DNA of 64,000 nt from assembly GCA_051313645.2 (NCBI GenBank), contig JBNRSN020000031.1:6696001-6760000 (forward strand), given 5' to 3'. The notes under the pieces are model-generated. The model was not told where the DNA came from and made no database searches. It worked only from the letters and a program-made list of their open reading frames with translations. This stretch comes from Centroscyllium fabricii. Its lineage: Eukaryota. Below, piece after piece: positions 52,801 to 64,000 of this stretch (positions within the stretch are counted from its first letter, which is position 1; every line of letters starts with the position of its first letter). Made by a program: the position numbers and the translations under genes.

Positions 52801-55800
52801 CCACAGGCATGTCTAAGGACCACCTATTATATTCACGTAGTCACATGCTGAGTTATCATTGGCCCACAGGCATCTGTAAGGACTACCTATTATATTAACG
52901 TAATCACATGCTGAGTTATCATTGGCCCGCAGGCATCTGGAAGGACTACCTATTATATTCACGTAATCACATGCTGAATTATCATTGAACCAAAGGCATC
53001 TGTAAGGTCTGTCTATTATATTCACGTAATCACATGCTGTGTTATCATTGGCCACAGGCATCTGTAAAGACTACCTATTATATTCACGTTATCACATGCT
53101 GAGTTATCATTGGCCCACAGGCATCTGTAAGGACTACCTTTTATATTCACGTAATCACATGCTGAATTATCATTGGCCCACAGGCATCTTTAAGGACTAC
53201 CTATTATATTCTCGTAATCAGATGCTGAGTTATCATTGGCCCACAGGCATCTGTAAGGACTACCTTTTATATTCACGTAATCACATGCTGAATTATCATT
53301 GGCCCACAGGCATCTGTAAGGACTACCTATTATATTCTCGTAATCACATGCTGAGTTATCATTGGCCCACAGGCATCTGTAAGGACTACCTATTATATTC
53401 ACGTATTCACATGCAGAGATATCATCGGCCAACAGTTATCTTTAAGGACAACCTATTGTATTCAAGTAAACACATGCTGAGTTATCATTGGCCCACAGGC
53501 ATCTGTAAGGACTACCTATTATATTAACGTAATCACATGCTGAGTTATCATTGGCCCACAGGCATCTGTAAGGACTACCTATTATATTCACGTAATCACA
53601 TGCTGAATTATCATTGGCCCACAGGCATCTGTAAGGACAACCTATTATATTCACGTAATCACATGCTGAGTTATCATTGGCCCACAGGCACCTGTAAGGA
53701 CTACCTATTATATTCACGTAATCAAATGCTGAGATATCATTGGCCCACAGGCATCTGTAAGGACTACCTATTATATTCACGTAATCACATGCTGAGTTAT
53801 CATTGGCCCACAGGCATCAGTTAGGACTACCTATTATATTCACATAATCACATGCTGAATTATCATTGGCCCACAGGCATCTGTAAGGACTACCTATTAT
53901 ATTCACGTAATCAAATGCTGAGTTATCATTGCCCACTGGCATCTGTAAGGACTACCTATTATATTCACGTAATCACATGCTGAGATATCATTGGCCCACA
54001 GGCATCTGTAAGGACTACCTATTATATTCACGTAATCACATGCTAAGTTATCATTGGCCCACAGGCATCTGTAAGGACTACCTATTATATTCACGTAATC
54101 ACATTCTGAATTATCATTGGCCCACAGGCATCTGTAAGGACTACCTATTATATTCCCGTAATCATATGCTGAGTTATCATTGGCCCACAGACATCTGTAA
54201 GGATTACCTTTTATATTCACGTAATCACATGCTGAGTTATCATTGCGCACAGGCATCTGTAAGGACTACCTATTATATTCCCGCAATAATATGCTGAGTT
54301 ATCATTGGCCCATGGGCATCTGTAAGGTCTACGTATTATATTCACGTAATCAAATGCTGAGATATCATTGGCCCACAGGCAAATGTAAGGACTACCTATT
54401 ATATTCAGGTAATCACATGCTGAATTATCATTGGCCCACAGGCATCTGTAAAAACTACATATTATATTCAGGTAATCACATGCTGAGTTATCATTGGCCC
54501 ACAGGCATCTGTAAGGACTACCTGTTATATTCACGTAATCCCATGCTGAGTATTCATTGGCCCACAGGCATTTGGAAGGACTACCTATTATATTCACCTA
54601 TTCACATATTGAGTTATCATTGGCCCACAGCCATCTGTAAGGACTAACTTTTATATTCACGTAATCACATGCTGAGTTATCATTGGCCAACAGGCATCTG
54701 TAAGGACTACCTTTTATATTCACGTAATCATATGCTGAGTTATCATCGGCCAACAGTCACCTGTAAGGACAACCTATTGTATTCAATGAATCACATGCTG
54801 AGTTATCATTGGCTACAGGCATCTGTAAGGACTACCTATTATATTCACGTAATCACATGCTGAGTTATCATTGGCCCACAGGCATCTGTAAGGACTACCT
54901 ATTATATTCACGTAATCACATGCTGAGTTATCATTGGCCCACAGGCATCTGTAAGGACTACCTATTATATTCACGTAATCACATGTTGAGTTATCATTGG
55001 CCCACAGGCATCTGGTAGGACTACCTATTATATTCATGTAATCACATGCTGAATTATCATTGGAACAAAGGCATCTGTAAGTACTACTATTGTATTCACG
55101 TAATCAAATGCTGAGTTAACATTGGCCCACAGGCATCTGTAAGAACTACCTATTATATTTACGTAATCACATGCTGAGTTATCATTGGCCCACAGGCATC
55201 TGGAAGGACTACCTATTATATTCAGGTAATCACATGCTGAGTTATCATTGGCCCGCAGGCATCTGGAAGGACTACCTATTATATTCACGTAATCACATGC
55301 TGAATTATCATTGGACCAAAGGCATCTGTAAGGACTACCTATTATTTTCAATTAATCACATGCTGAGTATTCATTGGCCCACAGGCATCTGTAAGGACTA
55401 CCTATTATATTCACGTAATCACATGCTGAGTTACCATTGGCCCACAGGCATCTGGAAGGACTACCTATTATATTCACGTATTCACATGCTGAGTTATCAT
55501 TGGCCACAGGCATCTGTAAGGATAACCTATTATAATCACGTATTCACATGCAGAGTTATCATCGGCCAACAGTCATCTTTAAGGACAACCTATTGTATTC
55601 AAGTAAACACATGCTGAGTTATCATTGGCCCACAGGCATCTGTAAGGACTACCTATTATATTAACGTAATCACATGCTGAGTTATCATTGGCCCACAGTC
55701 ATCTGTAAGGACTACTTATTATATTCACGTAATCACATGCTGAGTTATCATTGGCCCACAGGTATCTGTAAGGACTACCTATTATATTCACGTTATCACA

Positions 55801-58800
55801 TGCTGAGTTATCTTTGGCCCACAGGCTTCTGGAAGGACTACCTATTATATTCACGTAATCACATGCTGAATTATCATTGAACCAAAGGCATCTGTAAGGA
55901 CTACCTATTATATTCACGTAATCACATGTTGAGTTATCATTGGCCCACAGGCATCTGTAAGGACTACCTATTATTTTCACGTAATCACATGCTGAATTAT
56001 GATTCGCCCACAGGCATCTGTAAGGACAGCCTATTATATTCACGTAATCACATGCTGAGTTATCATTGGCCCACAGGCATCTGTAAGGACTACCTATTAT
56101 ATTCACGTAATCACATGCTGAGTTATCATTGGCGACATGCATCTGTAAAGACTACCTATTATATTCACGTAATCACATGCTGAGTTATCATTGGCCCACA
56201 GGCATCTGTAAGGACTACGTTTTATATTCACGTAATCACATGCTGAATTATCATTGGCCCACAGGCATCTGTAAGGACAACCTATTATTTTCACGTAATC
56301 ACATGCTGAGTTATCATTGGCCCACAGGCATCTGTAAGGACTACCTATTATATTCACGTAATCACATGCTGAGATATCATTGGCCCACAGGCATCTGTAA
56401 GGACTACCTATTATATTCACGTAATCACATGCTGAGTTATCATTGGCCCACAGGCATCTGTAAGGACTACCTATTATATTCACGTAATCACATGTTGAAT
56501 TATCATTGGCCCACAGGCATCTGTAAGGACTACCTATTATATTCACGTAATCACATGCTGAGTTATCATTGGCCCACTGGCATCTGTAAGGACTAACTAT
56601 TATATTCACGTAATCACATGCTGAGATATCATTGGCCCACAGGCATCTGTAAGGACTACCTATTATATTCACGTAATCACATGCTAAGTTATCATTGGCC
56701 CACAGGCATCTGTAAGGACTACCTATTATATTCACGTAATCACATGCTGAATTATCATTGGCCCACAGGCATCTGTTAGGACTACCTATTATATTCCCGT
56801 AATCATATGCTGAGTTATCATTGGCCCACAGGCATCTGTAAGGATTACCTTTTATATTCACGTAATCACATGCTGAGTTATCATTGGCCCACAGGCATCT
56901 GGAAGGACTACCTAATAAATTCACGTAATCACATGCTGAATTATCATTGGACCAAAGGCATCTGTAAGGACTACTATTGTATTCACGTAATCACATGCTG
57001 AGTTATCATTGGCCCACAGGCATCTGTAAGGACTACCTATTATATTTACGTAATCACATGCTGAGTTATCATTGGCCCACAGGCATCTGGAAGGAATACC
57101 TTTTATATTCACGTAATCACATGCTGAGTTATCATTGGCCCACAGGCATCTGGAAGGACTACCTATTATATTCACGTAATCACATGCTGAATTATCATTG
57201 GACCAAAGGCATCTGTAAGGACTACCTATTATATTCACGTAATCACATGTTGAGTTATCATTGGCCCACAGGCATCTGTAAGGACTACCTATTATATTCA
57301 CGTAATCACATGCTGAGTTATCATTGGCCCACAGGCATCTGGAAGGACTACCTATTATATTCATGTAATCACATGCTGAATTATCATTGGAACAAAGGCA
57401 TCTGTAAGTACTACTATTGTATTCACGTAATCAAATGCTGAGTTATCATTGGCCCACAGGCATCTGCAAGAACTACCTATTATATTTACGTAATCACATG
57501 CTGAGTTATCATTAGCCCACAGGCATCTGGAAGGACTACCTATTATATTCAGGTAATCACATGCTGAGTTATCATTGGCCCGCAGGCATCTTGAAGGACT
57601 ACGTATTATATTCACGTATTCACATGCTGAGTTATCATTGCCCCACAGGCATCTGTAAGGACTACCTATTCACGTAATCACATGTTGAGTTATCATTGGC
57701 CCACAGGCATCTGTAAGGAATACCCATTATATTCGCGTAATCACATGCTGAGTTATCATTGGCCCACAGGCATCTGGAAGGAATACCTATTATATTCATG
57801 TAATCACATGCTGAATTATCATATGAACAAAGGCATCTGTAAGTACTACTATTGTATTCACGTAATCAAATGCTGAGTTACCATTGGCCCACAGGCATCT
57901 GTAAGAACTACCTATTATATTTACGTAATCACATGCTGAGTTATCATTGGCCCACAGGCATCTGGAAGGACTACATATTATATTCAGGTAATCACATGCT
58001 GAGTTATCATTGGCCCACAGGCATCTGTAAGGATTACCTTTTATATTCACGTAATCACATGCTGAATTATCATTGGCCCACAGGCATCAGTAAGGACTAC
58101 CTATTATATTCTCGTAATCACATGCTGAGTTATCATTGGCCCACAGGCATCTGTAAGGACTACCTGTTATATTCACGTATTCACATGCAGAGTTATCATC
58201 GGCCAACAGTCATCTGTAAGGACAACCTATTGTATTCAAGTAATCACATGCTGAGTTATCATTGGCCCACAGGCATCTGTAAGGACTACCTATTATATTC
58301 ACGTAATCACATGCTGAGTTATCGTTGGCCCACAGGCATCTGTAAGGACTACCTATAATATTCACGTAATCACATGCTGAGTTATCATTGGCCCACAGGC
58401 ATCTGGAAGGAATACCTATTATATTCATGTAATCACATGCTGAATTATCATATGAACAAAGGCATCTGTAAGTACTACTATTGTATTCACGTAATCAAAT
58501 GCTGAGTTACCATTGGCCCACAGGCATCTGTAAGAACTACCTATTATATTTACGTAATCACATGCTGAGTTATCATTGGCCCACAGGCATCTGGAAGGAC
58601 TACATATTATATTCAGGTAATCACATGCTGAGTTATCATTGGCCCACAGGCATCTGTAAGGATTACCTTTTATATTCACGTAATCACATGCTGAATTATC
58701 ATTGGCCCACAGGCATCAGTAAGGACTACCTATTATATTCTCGTAATCACATGCTGAGTTATCATTGGCCCACAGGCATCTGTAAGGACTACCTGTTATA

Positions 58801-61800
58801 TTCACGTATTCACATGCAGAGTTATCATCGGCCAACAGTCATCTGTAAGGACAACCTATTGTATTCAAGTAATCACATGCTGAGTTATCATTGGCCCACA
58901 GGCATCTGTAAGGACTACCTATTATATTCACGTAATCACATGCTGAGTTATCGTTGGCCCACAGGCATCTGTAAGGACTACCTATAATATTCACGTAATC
59001 ACATGCTGAGTTATCATTGGCCCACAGGTATCTGTAAGGACTACCTATTATATTCACGTAATCACATGCTGAGTTATCTTTGGCCCACAGGCTTCTGGAA
59101 GGACTACCTATTATATTCACGTAATCACATGCTGAATTATCATTGGACCAAAGGCATCTGTAAGGACTACCTATTATATTCACGTAATCACATGCTGAGT
59201 TATCATTGGCCACAGGCATCTGTAAGGATAACCTATTATAATCACGTAATCACATGCTGAATTATCATTGGCCCACAGGCATGTGGAAGGACTACCTATT
59301 ATATTCACGTATTCACATGCTGAGTTATCATTGGCCACAGGCATCTGTAAGGATAACCTATTATAATCACGTAATCACATGCTGAGTTATCATTGGCCCA
59401 CAGGCATCTGTAAGGACTACCTATTATATTCACGTAATCAAATGCTGAGTTATCATTGGCCTGCAGGCATCTGTAAGGTCTGTCTATTATATTCACGTAA
59501 TCACATGCTGTGTTATCATTGGCCACAGGCATCTGTAAAGACTATCTATTATATTCACGTTATCACATGCTGAGTTATCATTGGCCCACAGGCATCTGTA
59601 AGGACTACCTTTTATATTCACGTAATCACATGCTGAATTATCATTGGCCCACAGGCATCTGTAAGGACTACCTATTATATTCTCGTAATCAGATGCTGAG
59701 TTATCATTGGACCACAGGCATCTGTAAGGATTACCTTTTATATTCACGTAATCACATGCTGAATTATCATTGGCCCACAGGCATCAGTAAGGACTACCTA
59801 TTATATTCTCGTAATCACATGCTGAGTTATCATTGGCCCACAGGCATCTGTAAGGACTACCTATTATATTCATGTATTCACATGCAGAGTTATCATCGGC
59901 CAAAAGTCATCTGTAAGGACAACCTATTGTATTCAAGTAATCACATGCTGAGTTATCATTGGCCCACAGGCATCTGTAAGGACTACCTATTATATTCACG
60001 TAATCACATGCTGAGTTATCGTTGGCCCACAGGCATCTGTAAGGACTACCTATTATATTCACGTAATCACATGCTGAGTTATCATTGGCCCACAGGTATC
60101 TGTAAAGACTACCTATTATATTCACGTAATCACATGCTGAGTTATCTTTGGCCCACAGGCTTCTGGAAGGACTACCTATTATATTCACGTAATCACATGC
60201 TGAATTATCATTGGCCCACAGGCATCTGTAAGGACTACCTATTATATTCACGTAATCACATGTTGAGTTATCATTGGCCCACAGGCATCTGTAAGGACTA
60301 CCTATTATATTCACGTAATCACATGCTGAATTATGATTGGCCCACAGGCATCTGGAAGGACTACCTATTATATTCACGTAATCACATGCTGAGTTATCAT
60401 TGGCCACAGGCATCTGTAAGGACAACCTTTTATATTCACGTAATCACATGCTGAGTTATCATTGGCCCACAGGCATCTTTAAGGACTACCTATGATATTC
60501 ACGTAATCAATTGCTGAGTTATCATTGGCCTGCAGGCATATGTAAGGACTGCCTATTATATTAACGTAATCACATGCTGAGTTATCATTGCCCCACAGGC
60601 ATCTGTAAGGACTACCTATTCACGTAATCACATGTTGAGTTATCATTGGCCCACAGGCATCTGTAAGGAATACCTATTATATTCGCGTAATCACATGCTG
60701 AGTTATCATTGGCCCACAGGCATCTGGAAGGACTACCTATTATATTCATGTAATCACATGCTGAATTATCATATGAACAAAGGCATCTGTAAGTACTACT
60801 ATTGTATTCACGTAATCAAATGCTGAGTTACCATTGGCCCACAGGCATCTGTAAGAACTACCTATTATATTTACGTAATCACATGCTGAGTTATCATTGG
60901 CCCACAGGCATCTGGAAGGACTACATATTATATTCAGGTAATCACATGCTGAGTTATCATTGGCCCACAGGCATCTGTAAGGATTACCTTTTATATTCAC
61001 GTAATCACATGCTGAATTATCATTGGCCCACAGGCATCAGTAAGGACTACCTATTATATTCTCGTAATCACATGCTGAGTTATCATTGGCCCACAGGCAT
61101 CTGTAACGACTACCTATTATATTCACGTATTCACATGCAGAGTTATCATCGGCCAACAGTCATCTGTAAGGACAACCTATTGTATTCAAGTAATCACATG
61201 CTGAGTTATCATTGGCCCACAGGCATCTGTAAGGACTACCTATTATATTCACGTAATCACATGCTGAGTTATCGTTGGCCCACAGGCATCTGTAAGGACT
61301 ACCTATAATATTCACGTAATCACATGCTGAGTTATCATTGGCCACAGGCATCTGTAAGGACAACCTATTATATTCACGTAATCACATGCTGAGTTATCAT
61401 TGGCCCACAGGCATCTTTAAGGACTACCTATGATATTCACGTAATCAATTGCTGAGTTATCATTGGCCTGCAGGCATCTGTAAGGACTGCCTATTATATT
61501 AACGTAATCACATGCTGAGTTATCATTGCCCCACAGGCATCTGTAAGGACTACCTATTCACGTAATCACATGTTGAGTTATCATTGGCCCACAGGCATCT
61601 GTAAGGACTACCTATTATATTCGCGTAATCACAAGCTGAGTTATCATTGGCCCACAGGCATCTGGAAGGACTACATATTATATTCATGTAATCACATGCT
61701 GAATTATCATATGAACAAAGGCATCTGTAAGTACTACTATTGTATTCACGTAATCAAATGCTGAGTTACCATTGGCCCACAGGCATCTGTAAGAACTACC

Positions 61801-64000
61801 TATTATATTTACGTAATCACATGCTGAGATATCATTGGCCCACAGGCATCTGGAAGGACTACATATTATATTCAGGTAATCACATGCTGAGTTATCATTG
61901 GCCCGCAGGCATCTGGAAGGACTACCTATTATATTCACGTAATCACATGCTGAATTATCATTGGACCAAAGGCATCTGTAAGGACTACCTATTATTTTCA
62001 CTTAATCACATGTTGAGTTATCATTGGCCCACAGGCATCTGTAAGGACTACCTATTATATTCACGTAATCACATGCTGAGTTACCATTGGCCCACAGGCA
62101 TGTGGAAGGACTACCTATTATATTCACGTATTCACATGCTGAGTTATCATTGGCCCAGAGGCATCTGTAAGGATAACCTATTATAATCACGTAATCACAT
62201 GCTGAGTTATCATTGGCCCACAGGCATCTGTAAGGACTACCTATTATATTCACGTAATCAAATGCTGAGTTATCATTGGCCTGCAGGCATCTGTAAGGTC
62301 TGTCTATTATATTCACGTAATCACATGCTGTGTTATCATTGGCCACAGGCATCTGTAAAGACTATCTATTATATTCACGTTATCACATGCTGAGTTATCA
62401 TTGGCCCACAGGCATCTGTAAGGACTACCTTTTATATTCACGTAATCACATGCTGAATTATCATTGGCCCACAGGCATCTGTAAGAACTACCTATTATAT
62501 TCTCGTAATCAGATGCTGAGTTATCATTGGCCCACAGGCATCTGTAACGATTACCTTTTATATTCACGTAATCACATGCTGAATTATCATTGGCCCACAG
62601 GCATCTGTAAGGACTACCTATTATATTCTCGTAATCACATGCTGAGTTATCATTGGCCCACAGGCATCTGTAAGGACTACCTATTATATTCACGTATTCA
62701 CATGCAGAGATATCATCGGCCAACAGTCATCTGTAAGGACAACCTATTGTATTCAAGTAATCACATGCTGAGTTATCATTGGCCCACAGGCATCTGTAAG
62801 GACTACCTATTATATTCACGTAATCACATGCTGAGTTATCATTGGCACACAGGCATCTGTAAGGACTACCTATTATATTCATGTAATCACATGCTGAGTT
62901 ATCATTGGCCCACAGGTAGCTGTAAGGACTACCTATTATATTCACGTAATCACATGCTGAGTTATCTTTGGCCCACAGGCTTCTGGAAGGACTACCTATT
63001 ATATTCACGTAATCACATGCTGAATTATCATTGGACCAAAGGCATCTGTAAGGACTACCTATTATATTCACGTAATCACATGTTGAGTTATCATTGGCCC
63101 ACAGGCATCTGTAAGGACTATCTATTATATTCACGTAATCACATGCTGAATTATGATTGGCCCACAGGCATCTGGAAGGACTAACTATTATATTCACATA
63201 ATCACATGCTGAGTTATCATTGGCCACAGGCATCTGTAAGGACAACCTATTATATTCACGTAATCACATGCTGAGTTATCATTGGCCCACAGGCATCTTT
63301 AAGGACTACCTATTATATTCACGTAATCACATGCTGAGTTATCTTTGGCCCACAGGCTTCTGGAAGGACTACCTATTATATTCACGTAATCACATGCTGA
63401 ATTATCATTGAACCAAAGGCATCTGTAAGGACTACCTATTATATTCACGTAATCACATGTTGAGTTATCATTGGCCCACAGGCATCTGTAAGGACTACCT
63501 ATTATATTCACGTAATCACATGCTGAATTATGATTGGCCCACAGGCATCTGGAAGGACTACCTATTATATTCACGTAATCACATGCTGAGTTATCATTGG
63601 CCACAGGCATCTGTAAGGACAACCTATTATATTCACGTAATCACATGCTGAGTTATCATTGGCCCACAGGCATCTTTAAGGACTACCTATTATATTCACG
63701 TAATCAAATGCTGAGTTATCATTGGCCTGCAGGCATCTGTAAGGACTGCCTATTATATTCACGTAATCACATGCTGAGTTATCATTGGCCCACAGTCATC
63801 TGTAAGGACTACCTATTATATTCACGTAATCACATGCTGAGTTATCATTGGCGACAGGCATCTGTAAAGACTACCTATTATATTCACGTAATCACATGCT
63901 GAGTTATCATTGGCCCACAGGCATCTGTAAGGACTACCTTTTATATTCACGTAATCACATGCTGAATTATCATTGGCCCACAGGCATCTGTATGGACAAC

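Larger units (their letters stand above)
24700..55520. repeat. Large tandem segmental duplication: about 24.7-37.7 kb repeated as about 37.7-55.5 kb (second copy expanded internally)
   Basis: Both halves have the same order of LINE, LINE fragment and diagnostic monomer variants. Offsets are 12979 (LINE), 13293 (fragment), 17314 (34513/51827, 35725/53039) and 17818 (37216/55034). Boundaries are approximate. Confidence 0.85.
41136..64000. repeat. 63-bp tandem satellite array, block 3 (interrupted at 42728-42933 and 46687-46892; runs off the window end)
   Basis: Same monomer and orientation through to position 64000. Confidence 0.99.

Noticed and set aside
148-63902. Hundreds of Cys/His/Trp-rich repeat ORFs as real genes (e.g. 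zinc-finger-like proteins)
   Set aside because: They are translations of the 63-bp monomer, occur on both strands, are broken by frequent 1-bp deletions and stops, and lack C2H2 or other recognisable domain spacing.
1-64000. CRISPR array
   Set aside because: There are no unique spacers (the whole unit repeats) and no cas genes, and the context is eukaryotic retroelements.

Overview
Eukaryotic, probably vertebrate, satellite DNA. Roughly 900 head-to-tail copies of a 63-bp monomer (consensus AGGCATCTGTAAGGACTACCTATTATATTCACGTAATCACATGCTGAGTTATCATTGGCCCAC) fill the window. The hundreds of ORFs in the track are artefacts of a 21-codon monomer that is open in one frame on each strand. The array has six insertions from three events. 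(1) A 172-bp Penelope-like remnant at 1600-1771 has an 11-bp target-site duplication (TSD), a perfect 32-bp inverted repeat and a degenerate minimal hammerhead ribozyme core on the minus strand. (2) Two nearly identical 3.1-kb single-ORF non-LTR retrotransposons (APE endonuclease + RT + CCHC, Vingi/Ingi-like, 995 aa, 12-bp TSD, GAA tail) lie at 25054-28156 and 38033-41135. (3) Three copies of a 206-bp 5'-truncated LINE 3' end (Rex1/Babar-like, (ATCTTGT)4 tail) are present. The repeated insertions share junctions and flanks, so they were multiplied by nested tandem duplications of the array (about 13 kb, 3959 bp and smaller), not by independent transposition. No host gene, structural RNA gene or CRISPR array is visible. 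Family names come from motif recognition, not database searches.
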